This document shows, in pieces, positions 24,488-38,612 of a DNA stretch of 64,000 nucleotides. Both the position numbers and the translations under genes were made by a program. The stretch is taken from contig MU054391.1 of assembly GCA_013239625.1 (NCBI GenBank), forward strand, positions 2,819,130 through 2,883,129, given 5' to 3'. This DNA is from Lama guanicoe (lineage: Eukaryota). Within the stretch, counting starts at the first letter, position 1. Each line of letters starts with the position of its first letter. A model generated the notes under the pieces. The model was given only the letters and a program-made list of their open reading frames with translations, was not told the DNA's origin and ran no database searches.

Positions 24488-25318
24488 CACAGTCTGAAGA
24501 AATGAAGAAGTGATCCTTTCTCTACTCTTTGAAAACCTGAGGGAAAGTCAGGACATATAAGTTCATTAATACAGATACTTGTCAAAACCAAGCAGGTGAT
24601 GGAGAAGAGCTCGGAGGAGACGTTTTCCTGCCAGGATTACTCTCATAGCCCGAGAGAAGTGTTTCTCAGGAAATAATGGCTACAATATGCTTCTAACTCA
24701 GCCTCAAACCATCAAGGTTTGGGCTTATAATCACTATACTCTTTCTTGAGTAAGTCTGTGCAGAGATGGAAAACACTCTAAGAACAGAGACGCTGCGCAA
24801 CGGATCAGTCCATAAGGAAATGGGCTTGAGTCACACAGTCACGGATAGCTGCCTCTTCACTATTCACATTTCACATGAAAACTCCTTTTGGCCGTGGGTC
24901 ATTGCTCAAGCTCATCACAGCCTCCCTGTGCCTCCACCGTGAAGATCAAGCTTGCTCAGTCTGGAGCAAGGGTGCTCAGGCTCCCTCGGTTACCGGAGCC
25001 CCTGAAAGTCACAGCACCCCTCTTAGTACATCATGGCGTCCATTCAGACTCCATCCTGTTGCACAAGGGGAAGCAACGTCATGACCAAAGGGATGCCTGT
25101 CTTGTGTGCATGTGACACGGTATTTCATCCATGGGAACGTGCATCCCCAAACCCAGGGAAACCAAGTATAATCATCTGGTCTTGAGTGTTCTGATGAATA
25201 TTTTTTGGCTCCTCAAAATTTGGTTTTAGACTGGACTTATTAGCAGTTAAGCCTTCAAAAAATGATTGGCATAAACTCTGAAATAGAGGAAAAGCTCTCC
25301 ATCAAATAATCAACTCCA

Positions 25319-25411
25319 TGTGTGTGTGTTGTGTGTGTGTGTGTTGTGTGTGTTGTGTGTGTGGGTATGTGTGTGTGGGGTGTGTGTGTGGGGGGGTGTG
25401 TGTGGTGTGTG
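25319..25411. repeat. Imperfect (GT)n microsatellite
   Basis: Interrupted GT/GTT/GGG run of about 90 bp. Confidence 0.92.
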
Positions 25412-27294
25412 GGGAGAGGGAGAGAAAGACGGCTGAGAAAAAATAATTGCCATCAGTACAGCTCTAGACACAGCTGATAGAACATGAGTGTTTCAAAACA
25501 CACTGCTTAAAAGGAAAGCAGAGTGTATGATTATGGTTTACAAAATTATAAATGATTGGATCATCCTTTAATATTGGAACAAGGTGCACCTTTGAACAGA
25601 CACTCTCTTCTAGCTGCTCTAGGAAAGCACTGAGCCTCTCTGATGGGCACTTACCCTCACCCACCTGAACGATGCCAGACGGGCTGTGCTCTGAAGGAGC
25701 TTGTCATCTGACTGGGGACAGCAGATGCTTACAGGAGAGGTGGTGGAATAACAGCACCTGGACCCCAGGTAGAAGTGTGGTCTTGGAGACATGAAGGAAG
25801 AACAAACATTTTGGTAATTCAGAGGAGGTGATCAGGGAAACTACAGATTTCATATACTATCAAGAGATGCCACTCCATCAAACTTATAAAAAAAGATGCA
25901 GTTAACCTGAGCTCTGAAGGGTTGGTTGGTTTTGGAGGGGAAAGCAAGAGGAGGTTCTGATGGAGACAACAGAAATGAGTAAAGGCTACAACCACAGTTG
26001 GACACGGTCTATTTGTTCCTGGTTCAATGAGTGACCCTCTCTGACCAAGGACGGTGGCCATGGCGGCAAGAGGAGAGATGCTCTCGTGCAGATATGGCAC
26101 AGTGAACTCGTGCACCTGCGTAAAGCACCCACAGAGAGCGCGGGGGTTCTTCACAAGCGCGCAGGGGTGAGATACAGCGCCTCACGCACTAGAGCCAGCA
26201 TCAGAACTTCCACGGCTTTTTGGCGTGTCAGTATGGGAATTTGAGAGGTTGGGACAGAAAGCTGGAATTACTGGCTTAGGTAAAACAGGGCTGTGTCCTG
26301 AGGTAGCCCTGATCCGGAGGCTTGGCAGTGTCATCGGCCCAGCGCATCTTCATCTCTCAGCCCCGCTTCCCTCTGCGCTGGCTTCACTTTCAGTTTCTGC
26401 GCAGAGGCAAGATGGCAAGATGATCTGAGGTTGAGGATGAGTGGAAGCGCAACATCTTTCCAGCAGACCACCCCACGAGTCTTGGAGCACATGTTCAGAA
26501 CTGAGTAATCACTGTCACCCGGAGGGAATTTCCACGCTGGTTGGTCGGGTCCGGGGCTCCCTCTGCAGACCTGTCTGAGCTGCCATCTGTGACGCAGTCA
26601 TGGTCCCCAAGGGAAATCCAGGGTCTTGTGGCCAGAGGGGAAAAGAGGCATGAATTCTGGGCAGGAGAAACACAGCTTCTCATGCACATTTCCTGCCCGT
26701 CCCAGACCCTGTCTCCTCAGGAGACCTCGGGACTCCTCTCTCACCCTCGTTTCTTCCCTCTTACCCTCATCACCTGGTAGACTTACCCCATCCTGCTTTG
26801 GCTTCTCAGTAAAGAGTTGTGAACTCAATTCTAGTCTCCATCACGGCATTTGCTTCTGTAAAATCCACACTCACTGCATGGCGCCTGGCAAACGTGAGAA
26901 CCGCTGGTCCTGAAGATAACGCCGAACGTCAGGTGAAGCGATGGAGGGCGGCTCCACGCAGGGATGTGACGGATGTGATGTCCTAGCTAGTTACGGAGGC
27001 AGCGGCATGGCCGCGAGTCGGGATGGGAAGAGCCCTAGTGAACCTCCATCATTTCGGTTTGTTGATGTGTAGCTTTGCAACTTACTAAATGGACGGGGCT
27101 GCAAGAAGGGACAGTAAGAGCCAAGTTGACGCAGGACGGAAGATGGAAACACTGTAGGGAAAGTATCAGGAAAAGGAAAATCAGACGAGAAATCTGTTTA
27201 GGAAAGAAGTACACAAATTTGATTTTGACTTGTTGTGTTTAAAGCGATAATGGGCCATCCAACCAAAAATGTCTGAAAGGCACAGAGACGTCTG

Positions 27295-27487
27295 TTACTT
27301 ATTGAGCACAGATTCCATGCCAAGAATTTTACAAGGCTTATTTCTAAGCCTCACAGTAATCCTGTAAAGTAGATATTTTTTGCTCTCCTTTTATATAAAA
27401 ATGGAGACAGGGAGATTCGTTATCTTGCTCAACTTGTGAGAGGCAGAGCTGGGATTTGAGCAAAAGGTCTGTCTCGCTTCAAAGTCT
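27295..27487 (-). mobile_element. MIR SINE
   Basis: acttattgagcac...cctcacagtaatcctgtaaagtagat...ggcagagctgggatttgagc. Confidence 0.75.
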
Positions 27488-30059
27488 GGACCAGATCCAA
27501 AGATCAAATTGCTTGGAAGTTGCAAAATGCTAAATCTGCCCAGATCAAACCAAACAAACTCCCGGTCTAAATCCCTCTCAACTGCAACCCACTGCTTCTG
27601 ATGGGTGTAGGCCAGGCCCCTGACGTTTGCTCAATTCCTCCACTACCAAGATGAATCTGGATGGTGGCTGGTCGCTGCTGGAGAAAGGCAGGAAGCCAGG
27701 AGAACACCTGCCCCTGGGAGTCTGTCTGGGGAGAGGATGGCCATCTGACCGCGTCTTCACGGAGGTCACCCATCCCTGCCCCAGGGCCCCAGGTCACTCC
27801 CATTCCCCATACGGAGATCAAGGGCTCCATATTGGCTGAATTCAAGCCCAGTCTCTTCCTAAATTAAATCCATCAAGACCTTTTTATCTTTGTGGTCCTG
27901 CTGTCTATATCTCAGGTCACTTCTGAGACAGCAGCAAACAGTCTTGAAAAATTATTAGCCCCAAACAAGATCCAGACACACGGGCTTTACAAAGACCCAG
28001 TTGTTGAAGGCAAGCCATGGTTTACGCCAGGAAGAAAGGTAAACACCCAAACAGAAGGCAAACAAACAAAAACAAGATACCTCATGGCTTCGTTGCTGAT
28101 CCGGAGCCAGGAAGCACTCTCTAAGCGGAAAGTGCTAACGACTTCACCGTTAAGGAAGAACCTAGGATTGCCCCTCACAGACTTCCGGAATAAAATTCAG
28201 ACATAGGGAAAAGGCTTGGCCCCAATGGGATAAAATGTGTTTCCGATAAAACATGTGGCTTTATGCATCTCTAGTTCACGTAGACCAGCGGCCACGGTTT
28301 CACTCCTCACTCCCATTAGTGAAGTATCACTATGTCACAGCTGTCCTAACACGCTGAAGGTCTGAGTTGTTAAAAAGTTGCCCAAGGCCACGTAAAGCTG
28401 AAGTTTGAACTCAAACCAGTGTTAGCACCCCTTCTGTGTCCCCCACCCCTGGTTAGTCCAGTGCAAGTTTGGCCAAGTTCTAGCTGCTGGGACCTGAGGT
28501 TTTTGGCCTGTGGCTTTTTCCTGGCCACCAAAGCCCACCGTGTCTGCCCACAGGCGGGGTGCCGTGCCCGGGGACGGACATCGCCTGGCAACTGACTGCA
28601 CCTCCCAGCGCCCGCGCCCCCTGCTCTGTGAACCCCAGGGCATGTGGTCCACATCAGCTCGCAGACTTCTCCAGAAGGACCGAGTTAACACTAGTCATAC
28701 TTGTTTGATGACAAACAGAAAAGAATGCACTTTTCTAGTTCTCTCCTCCCATCTCTGTCTCATTTGTAGAATAATTCCCCAAATGAACTTTACACTCAAA
28801 TCTTTGTTTCAGGGGCTGCTCCTCGGGGAGTCTACCTGAGCACAGCCAAGTCTGTGTGATTCCGAAGCCCCTTCTACGGCGCGCTGCCGAGGGAGGTGGA
28901 GGCTGGGCGCTGTGTCCATCATCCCGAGTGGGAAGAGCAGGATTGGCAGGATACAGGAAGGAGGTCCGAGTAGAATCACGGGGCTTGAGCACCTAGAATG
29001 TGGTGGCAAAGCCAGGCACCTGCACGTAAGTCACGGAAGAGGAGCAGCAGCTCCTTGTGAGAGCGTCAGGGAGATAACCAGCTCTTTCATTCACAGCGTC
29101 CAGCTGGCCTCTCCAGTCGGGAGCTGAGATGCAGACAGAGCCCCGGGCAGGTGGGCAGCGTGAGCACCATCCAGACCCGAGGAACCCGGAGACGGGAACG
29201 TGGTCCCTGCAGTGCGAGGACTTCGGTGGGGCCGTGTGAAACGTGCTCATGTCAAACAAGGTGGAGTCTCAGCGATTTCATAGGGCCAGCCAGATGGACC
29301 TGGACTCACAGCACCGTGGTTCCAGCCCTTCTGGGACTCTCCCACTGGGGCTTTTGTAAAGCAGGTCTCCTGCACAGAAAACAAGAGGACTTGGGTTTAC
29401 GTCCTGAGTGGCTGTGCAGTGGCAAACGTGTCACCAGTCTCTGAGTCTGGTGCCCCGTCTGTAAAAACAGCACTAACAAGACACGTGGCGGGGCGGAGAG
29501 GGGCACTGGCAAAATTAAATGGGACAAAAAGTGAAGCCTGGGCCACAGTCTTCGGTGCACAGTGAGCGCTCAGGGACTGCGATCCACCCCACTGTGGGGC
29601 TCTTTCCAAGTCCGATCTGCATCTGGAAGGAAACAGCAGTGCAGACACGAGGGCTGGGAGAACCACAAAATACAGCTCAAAGTAAGAAAGAGCTGTTGAT
29701 GATGTGTGAGTTTTACGTGATAAGCTACCACATTAAGATAAAAGTGCGTTATCTGGCCTGATTTGGAAGCGCCCTAGGAGAATTTCTGTTATGACCTAAA
29801 AGGAAAAAAATATCTTGAATGGCTTAAGCTGAAGTTTAAAACTGCAATTCTAAGATTTCTGGCATTAATAAACAGCCAAGGGGGGTTATTTGGGGGTTAG
29901 GCCAGAGTTTCATTTTGATGCTCTTGAAAGGAGAATGCCAAAGCAGACTAAATGTATGTGATAGAAAGTTCTCAGATTTTAGAGAGTCCTTTGAGCTGAA
30001 ACATGCATGCAAATGTTAGGTCAGAGGTTCTAGAAAGTCAGGTATAATTTGTGGAAGGT

Positions 30060-30260
30060 GGAATTTAAGTTCATAGGACTTGGGCCCAAGTCCTGTCTTT
30101 GCCACCTCTTAATATTTGATGTTGGACAATGGAATGCACTTCTCTAGTTCTCAATTTTTGACGAACAGCATGCGGAGAATGAGACACGTAGGTCGCACAG
30201 TCTTTGGAAGGTTAAATGAGAGAACGTCTGAAAATATTATTAGTCTAGGCACGGAATGTG
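30060..30260 (+). mobile_element. MIR SINE
   Basis: aagtcctgtctttgccac...cttctctagttctcaattt...aggttaaatgaga. Confidence 0.6.
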
Positions 30261-30754
30261 ATTTCTTAGTTGATAACCTGATAATCTGCACACCTGGAAC
30301 GTTCCCTTCTTGCTCCATTATACACCCAGCCGCATCGGATGCAATTTAGAGGACGAGGAACGAACGTTTGCTCTGCAGGAGAAGCAGCACCATCCGCTGC
30401 ACGAGCAGCAGAAAGCGTGACCACGTCCAAGGGCCGCTTTGGACAAATCATTTACCTGGTTATCTGTAAGGTGCGTTACATTACTTGACCTTCACAGAAG
30501 CACAGAGCGTTTCGAATTTGAATGTGATAGATTTCACTCAATTCTGGTTACCTGGCTGGTAAGTATCGCGTCTTCCTCTTCACATGGGAGATGATAAGAA
30601 GCAAGGACATGGGCTGACTTCACTCGTCCGGTTTTTTAGTAAATAGTTCTTGAGTGTCTAACTGTTTGGACTTCATATGCCCCAAATTGAACTCACGATC
30701 TTCTGCCCAAATCTGAACTTTTCTGGAGGCCACCATCTCTCTGTGCGGAAACAG

Positions 30755-31130
30755 CTCTGGGGTTCCCGAAAGTAGCGCGTTACACAAAACCTCGGCTGCA
30801 GGGCGCTTACCTGGGAGTCAATCCCAGGAAGTCAAAGTGACGGGAAGTCAGAGGAAAACGGGGAAAGGGAGACAGGCAGTGATGGAGGCAGCCTGGAACT
30901 GAGGACAGACTGAGAATGCTCTGAGGAGCCAGAGAGAAGGCGCCTCAGACTTGCCCCCATAGTGGGGAGGCTACCGCATCTATCTGCTGATTCGAGGCTC
31001 CAGCAGCGGAACGCTGCCCCCGGAGGTGGTGGCACCCTTGCCCTCCACGTTTCTGGGCTGCCCCCGGGGGAGAACCTCGAGGCTTTGTATTAAGCCCCAA
31101 GGCAGCCCTCGGAGAGATGCGTTTGGCCCT
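30755..31130 (-). mobile_element. ERVL LTR16-like solo LTR, degenerate
   Basis: ctgggagtcaatcccaggaag...cgcctcagacttgccccca...gctgccccggagg resemble antisense LTR16. Confidence 0.6.
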
Positions 31131-31404
31131 TGAAGCTGGCCATCTGTCTCCTGGACACCAGCTCAGGGTTCACCTTGAGATATAAGGAGACTCGGCGTGA
31201 GACGACTGCCCTTGCCAGAAGCTTCAAGGAGGTACAACCATTCTCGAGGACAGAGAACGTCAGAAGGGCCTGGCACGTCGTCGAAAGGGGCTGTCTTTTG
31301 CTGGTGATGCTTAAGCAAACTGCGTCCGTGCTCAGATTAACACCAGGGGAAACGAAAATAGAGGTTTTGTAAACTGGACTCCGTCAAAAGCATTGGAAAT
31401 GTGT

Positions 31405-31610
31405 TGTGTACTCTCTAATACAGTAACCATTAGCCAGTGTGGCTATTTGAATGTAATTCATTATAACTGAGTCCAGTTAATATTCAGATCCCTAGTTACT
31501 GAGGCCATTTTTCAAGTGCTCGGCGGCTTCACGTGGCTAGGGCTGCTGCCCTGGACAGTTCAGGACAGAACACGCCCATCACTGCAGGGCGCTCAGGCGG
31601 GCAGGGCGGG
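31405..31610 (-). mobile_element. MER3 (hAT-Charlie) MITE
   Basis: tagccagtgtggctatttgaa...ttttcaagtgctc...cacgtggctag...ggacag...agaacacgcccatcactgcag. Confidence 0.75.
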
Positions 31611-34600
31611 AGCTCATCGCCTAAGGCTGACCGCAAAGACTGGTCCTGGACCCCTGCCTTCCTCTGCTGAAGGCCCTTCGCAGTGTGACTCTGCAGGGAC
31701 TCCCCGGCGAGGTGATGCCTGTTTTCCTAGCCCTTAAATCTGAGCTTAGCACGTGATTTGCTTCAACCAATGGGAGTTCAGCCGATGGGATGCCAGAGGC
31801 GGGCTGACAAGCATGTGTGCACTGTAGCTTGCTCCCAGGCTGCCTGTGGTTTCCATCACTTCCCGACATGTGTGCCCCTCCACGTGCGAAGCATTCAAGC
31901 TTTCCCGCATCTCATCAAGCCGCCCTGCGCCTGTGCCAGCGCCCTCCCCTCTGCCGGGAAAGCACTTTGCCTGTGCTCCACCGCCCCGTGTCCGCACACA
32001 CCCCACTGACGTCCCCCGCAGTAACGCCTCTCTGGATCACACCTTTGTCTTCTCCATGTCTCTTACGCTTTACATCTGCCGCCACGCTTGGCACTTAGTA
32101 GGCACGTCATAAATCCCCAGTAAACGCCTGGAAATATTTCACAAGTTTATCCTGCACTTCACTGAACTCCTTGTAAACTTCTCACATGGATGCAATTCGC
32201 ACTATAAGAAACATCTGCTCTTCTCCAGTTTCTAAACATCCCTCCGCACTCCAGTAACTAACTGAAGGTCCATGCATGGCTTTATTGACTGACCGTTAGC
32301 CAGGGTCCCTCATGGTGACCGTGGTAGTAATTTCAGACCAAGAAGTCAGCCACAAACCCTGGCACCTTCCCAACCCTGCTACTGTACTGCCACTAACTCA
32401 GAGATGCCGTCCCTGTCCCTGACCCCAACTGTCATCCATCAGAGTCGAGACACAGGGTCCTCACATGGAATGTTCCAGCGTGGATAGGGCTCCTGAAACA
32501 GGAGGTTTGGATTAACCTGTTTTCTTATGTTCCTGCCCAGAGTCAGTATGAAAAAAAAAATGGAAAGAAAAACTTGAGAAACTTGAGTTTAGCCCCCGAT
32601 TTTCTACTTGCCTATGTTCTGATCTTGGGCCAGGCATGCTCCATGTCAGTGACTCGGCCCGCTGGCCTCTGATGGGTCTAATGACCTTCTTGCATGGTGA
32701 CTTAGAGTCACAGATGACGCATGTGATGAGTCTAGAAGGTGGCCCAGCCAGTGGCTCGCACTCTGGACACCTAGAATCCAGAATCCATTGTCTGTTAGGA
32801 ACTTCCCAAGGTCTGTTTCCTTCCTGCCCAAGAAGGGAGAAGGAAGTGTTCCTGTCTTTAGGATCTCAGATCATTCCACTGGGCTTGGGAAAACCTAGTG
32901 GCCAAAACTGACACAGACGGACAAGCCTTTAATTTCTGGCCGACGGGTGCTTCCCAGAGTTTTCCCTTGGTAGTCCAGCTGAGGTCACGCCAAGCAGCAA
33001 GCGCAGGCTTGCTGATGCATCCCTGATGTAAGGGACGGTTAAGTGAGGCCAGGGGGAAAAGCCCTAGAGATTACAAATAATGCAGATCCATCGAGTGTTC
33101 TGCACGGGAAAATCTTCCAGTAAAGCTCCAGTTTCCTCAAACAGAGCATTTGTGCTCTGTTAAATATCACTTAAAAATCTGGTAACAAACAGATGAAGAG
33201 ACAATGCAAATCCTGTTTCTATGACCCTACACAAGGAACAGTATTAATAACACAGTAACCAACACGGGGCAGTTGCTCAGATGAAATAAGGGTGATAGGA
33301 TTAGACAGGTTTGCCCAGAAAGCAAAGGAAATACTCAGAAGTCATGACCTTGGCCACGGGGCTGACCTTCGCACTAGTGGCACACGTGGCTCCATCCGAA
33401 TGGTACTTGGGAACATCTCCTCTCCACCTCCACGCACCACGTGACCCCCGTCGTCCTGCTTGGTGGCGGAAACCCCCCCCCCAGCACCAGCACACTTTGT
33501 GGAGGCATCCCCTTGATGAGCTTGACTTGTACATGTTTTTTCCACCCAGATAGGCTCCTTGTGAAGGAGCAGTGAAGGGTTATTAGCGCTCATTGATAAT
33601 TCAGTTGATTGCAATCGCTAAACGTTCTCGGTTCCTGGGATTTAAGGCTGCAGAGAAGTGCACACTCTGTTTTGGCAACTGCCACCCTTTTGTTAGGGAA
33701 AGTGGGGAGAGTCAGATACTCGGGCTCTGCCTTGGCTCTGCCAGCACGGTCCTGTGGTCAAGCCACTTCCCCCTCTGTAAGCTTGGTGTCCCCAGCCGTA
33801 CGACAAGGTCTGGGATTAAATGACTTCACGTCCCCCTCTGCCCTAACATCCCCTGACTCCATAGGTCCCAAGACAGGGAAAGACGGCACTGGTTTGTCTG
33901 AACTTTGGAGACAGAAGAAAGAGGATGAAGAGGATGGAAGTGCGCTGGGGAGGAAGGGTGCTGAGCAAGGCTGATGATCTTGGGATGAAGGTGCCCGCAG
34001 CTCAGGTGGCAGCGGGGGAGCAGAGTCACAGGGTTAGGAGGAAAGGCAGTCCTGCAGGACAGAAGTGACCCAGGGAGTCGTCTGCACCCTGCGTCCGCTC
34101 AGGCTGGCTCTATTCCACGTGGTCCTGACGGCACTTACAGAAAGTAGCATTTGCAAGGTTTTAAAATTCAAAAAATTTTTAAGGACCTGAAAGAAACCGG
34201 TGGGGCTATGGTTGTTTTAGTGAAAGAATCAGAGACAAGCAGGGAGGGACTCCAGACTCTCCCCAGACCCTCTCAGCTTACAGGAGAGAAACCCACGCCC
34301 AGAGAGGTGGGTCAGCCTGTCAGGGACGCAGAGCTGCTCAGTGGGAGACAAAGGCTGCAAGTACTGGTTTAATCAGGAGCAAAGATCATGCAAATATTTC
34401 ATCCTCCACTTTGAAATGAGGAGCCAGACCATACTTTTCCCTTAGGTTTCTCAACTGAAATCTTATTTATAAGAAAACCATACAAGGTTGGTGTAAAACA
34501 CAGAATTAACTTAGCCCTGCTTAGCGGACTGGTTGGATATGCATATGCTCTCAAATTTATCACCGCACTTCATCTTCCAGTGCTGAAGGCCATCAGCGCA

Positions 34601-37419
34601 CCGAACGGCTGTCTTCCGTTCGGGAGAGGATGTGGAGGCCAGTGCTTGCTTGACCCCCGACGCAAGAGAAACCAATGGCTTCACATTTTGGCTCTGGCCA
34701 GGTGGAAAACCTTCCCCTTAAAACCAGAAGGAAGAGCTTCTCAGATTATCAGACTGAGCTTAGCAAAAGAAGGAGGAAGAGAAAGGTTGGAAGGAAGGAG
34801 GGGAGGAGGAGGAGGCAGGGTGGCCAGCAAGAAGGAAAGTGAGAGTGGACGGAAGGAGGCAAGTTTTAGGAACTTGGAGGAGCCACGACATTCCTGGATA
34901 TAAGTAGAAAAATGCTGTCATTTCCCCCAAAATAAATACTTCAAGGCAAGAGCTCCTGGGAGCTCACATGGGTTTTCTGTGTTCAGGACGGAAATCCAGC
35001 ATCACCTTGTTTGGGAACTTGGGGCTCCTTGCTCTTAAAGATGAATGGTTGCAATTTGACATTTCCAGGACAAAAACGTCAGAGACTCTCCAATTTCAGA
35101 ATGCAGGATAGCACAGCCGACCCTCACAGGACCTTCCAGAGCTGCGCTGGGTCAGCGCCGTCCCTGGACGCTCGCTGCCTTTCCTGGCTTCCGGCACTTC
35201 TCTGTCCTTCTGACCGTAACCCCGGTGCCTCTTTGTCACTAGTCACTGGAGGCCGCTGCCTCTTCACATTAGCCAAGACTGAGACCGGCTGCCTTTGGTT
35301 ATTGCTGTGATCTGATACCTGTTGTTGGCTTTGTGACATTCTTTCTTTCCCACCAGGTTGAAAAAATGAAAGCAAAAACACTCTCGTCTATGAAGAGTCC
35401 TTGACCAAGAAGATCCCCTTTCCTTTGTGCAGGTGCAAGGGAGAGGCTGGCTGCACCCATGCTCTGGACTCTGAGGGTGGGGTGGGGACGGCGGGGAGTC
35501 TGGGCGAAGGAGGTGCAGCCCCCGAGGGTGGAGGGGTGTGGGGATGGACGGAAAGGGAGGAGGTGAGAGCGCCAAGCCCTGGTTCTGCAGAGTCCTGAGT
35601 GGAAGGTCTTCAGATAGAACCTTACCTTGCATCCCAGCCCTCTCGAGCGTCAATCCTAGTCACCACACGCATCCTATAGGGGGTAACACTTGCGGAGATT
35701 TCCCATGGCAGATTCTGGATTAAGTGGATGCTCTGCGTGCCGCACTGTGTGACGTGTTTTCCTTACAGAACTTACACTCCTGCTGAGATCCAGGGCCGGG
35801 GTCAAGTCAGCAACGTGAGGTATCAGGTAGATGGATCTGACACGGCTACCAGCAACTTGGTCATCTTTGTAAAATAGGGATGGTGCTGACTGACTTACGT
35901 CCTTCCAGCCGACCTCCGGGCACTGGCTGCACAGATCCCAGCAGCGTGGCGTTGCTCTTGTGAACATCACAGTGAGCTCTGCAGAGCTGGGCTTCAGGGG
36001 ACCACGCGACGGTCACACCACCCTACCTCCCTGGGCCTCAGTGTACTGTACTCGAATATGAAGGTGACAGATGGCATCTCGCTACAGCATTATTCACGTA
36101 TTAAATTACCTGGCACGGCACATGGGCTACAGCACATATCTGAGGTCTTCCTTGCGTGGGTCTTCCACGTCACTCTTACAAAACTGTCAGTATTCCCAAT
36201 GTGGCACGTTCTTAACCTGGATCACGGGGAGACAGGAAAGGGCAGCTTGTAAAAACCCACCAGGCTTGTCACGTTGGTTTAAATTGAGCCCAGAGAGTTG
36301 GGTGATAGGTCATTTTTAAGTCTTTCTATTTTGAAGAAAAGGAAAATACTGTTCATTAACTGGACTAATTCAGTGACTAAAAAAAAGAAGTTATTTTTCC
36401 TAAAATAAAATCAAAAGAATCCAACATGTCCAAAGTCCTTTAGCTGGCTATGTCAGGTGGTGGGGGGAGGCTGCCTGTGAGCTGCGGTGCAGCCGTGTCC
36501 CTGCCCTTTAGGAGCCCCTCTCCCAGCTGCCCGCCCCTGCCCTCCCCCAGACCCCCTCTCGCCGAGGCCGCAGGATGCTGGGTCTGTTCTTAGTTAAGGA
36601 CAGGAAGAGAACGGAGTGAAGCCTGGGCTATTTGCTGCAGTTGTCAGTTCCATGAAAGATCACAGGCAGCGTGTCTACATGTTAAAATGCGGTTCTGTAC
36701 CCTCGGTTTTCTGTCTGCTTGTGGTTCCTGCTCCGAAGCCCTGGTCGCAGAGCGCGCTCTGTTTCACGGGGGCCCCTTCCCACCCCTCAGAGCAAACACT
36801 GGTGTCTCAGACACTGTCATCCCAACCAGAGCCCACGGGCTCTTCGGAGCTCTCTTTTTTTAATTCAGAAGCATCATGGTTTAGACATGCTTCTTTAACC
36901 TACACAATAAGAGGACCTGGTGTTTATCAATGTAATTTCTCAGTGAAATAAAAGCTCCTATGCGGTAAACAAGTCAAATGGCTTCTCAATTCTAAGCAGC
37001 AGCAATCAGCTCTGAGCCTTTTTCCCTTCCCCTGAAGCAGTGGCCCAGGACAAAATACAAAATGCCTGTTAGTCAGAGACGAGGAAACAGAAAGAAGGAA
37101 AGAGCGTGTGCATTTCCTCTTCTTTCTCATTCTGTGCTGATGAGCGTCTTCCTGGAGGTGTTTCGGTGACGTTCTTTGGACACTGAAATTTCTCAGTTTG
37201 AAAGACTAGGAAATTATCAAAACTAACTTTTAGACAAAGTTCCTGGGGGATAGTTGAAGTAAAGGAGTTGTTTCTCTCTGCTTCCTGGGATGCCCACACC
37301 CTTGTCCTGCCGGAGGTGATGGAATTGACAGGATGTGGGGGTCGGTGGGGCTGAAGGGAGGAAGGACAGGAAGAGGACAAGTCAGAATTAACCTTCACGG
37401 TTTCATCTCCCAATTTAAA

Positions 37420-38110
37420 ACCATTTTAGTGCCATTGGCTAAGTTGACTGCACTGAAAGAGGCAGCACTTTGGGGATCACGGGAAAGTGGAGCTGATTTT
37501 GGACATGCTAGATCTGAGGTTCCTGGGAGGCACGTGGATGGAGATGTTGAAGACGAAGCTGGGTAGTCAGGGCAGAGGGGTTCACTGGGGCTCACCAGAG
37601 GATAGGAGGTGCACAGACGAAAATGCTCAGGGAGACAGTTTATTTCAAAGATTAAAGGTGCCCGTGAGGATTTCAACTTTTAAATGAAAGGAACAGAAAC
37701 CAGTGTTTGAAGGAGAGAATGGTCCAGCCGATAAAACGTGCTGAGGGGTTCCGGTAAGAAGATGATGTCAAAGTGTTCCCGGCACCCAGTGATGTGGGGG
37801 CTCCAATGACCCTGGAAGAAGCCCTGTTGGGGGGATGACTGGTGTGGAAGACAGAGGAGCATGTCCAAAGGGGAAGGAATGGTAATGGGAGCTCGTAATT
37901 CCAGCTTGTTCAGCTGAGAAACAGAGGAGAGATGGATAATAGCTGCCAGTAGAGACGGGACTCAGAAACACAACACGGTTTGTGAGACAAGGAAGATCTG
38001 AGCATGCTTAAATGCTGACCCAGGAGAGAAGAGGGCGGGGCTCTCCACCAAGAGAATGGACAGCAACAAGGCAAGTGAGGCTTCCGAGAGGTAGCTGGGC
38101 GGGAGACAGG
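37420..38110 (-). mobile_element. L2 LINE fragment
   Basis: Purine-rich antisense L2: ttttggacatgctagatctgagg...gtggatggagatgttga; tgagcatgcttaaatgctga. Confidence 0.7.
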
Positions 38111-38194
38111 CCCAAGGTGGGAGGAGATCAGGACAGTCTGGCACAGATGGAAATGGCTTTACATTTAAGTCCAGCTTTGTCTCTTTCTCACTGG

Positions 38195-38612
38195 ATAATT
38201 GCACTGAATTGTGTTACCTTCAAAGATGTTGACGTTCTGACCTCCAGTACTTCAGAATGTAGCCTTATTCAGAAATAAGGTCTTTGCAGATGATCAGGTT
38301 CAGATGAGGTCGTTGGGGTGAGCCCGAATCCGATATGATCGTGTCCTCACAGAAAGAGGACAGTTGGACACCGATACAGACAGGCACAGAGGGAGGACCA
38401 CTTGAAGACACAGGGAGAAGACGGCCGTCTACAAGAAACTGGAACAGACTTCTCCTTTACAGCCCGCAGAAAGATCCCAAACCACCTAGACTTCCGTCTC
38501 AAATGTCTAAGATCTCAAACTTCTAGCCTCCAGAAATATGGGGGTAAATTTCAAGTGACTAAGCCACCCAGTTCATGGTTCATTGTTTTCCCAGGGGATC
38601 AGTAAATCAATC
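38195..38612 (+). mobile_element. MaLR solo LTR, MLT1B/C-type
   Basis: cagaatgtagccttattcagaaataaggtctttgcagatg; gaagacacagggagaagacggccgtctacaag; taagccacccagtt. Confidence 0.8.

Noticed and set aside
34601..34623. CCGAACGG-N7-CCGTTCGG hairpin
   Set aside because: Several 8-bp stems with short loops are expected by chance in 64 kb; no supporting context.
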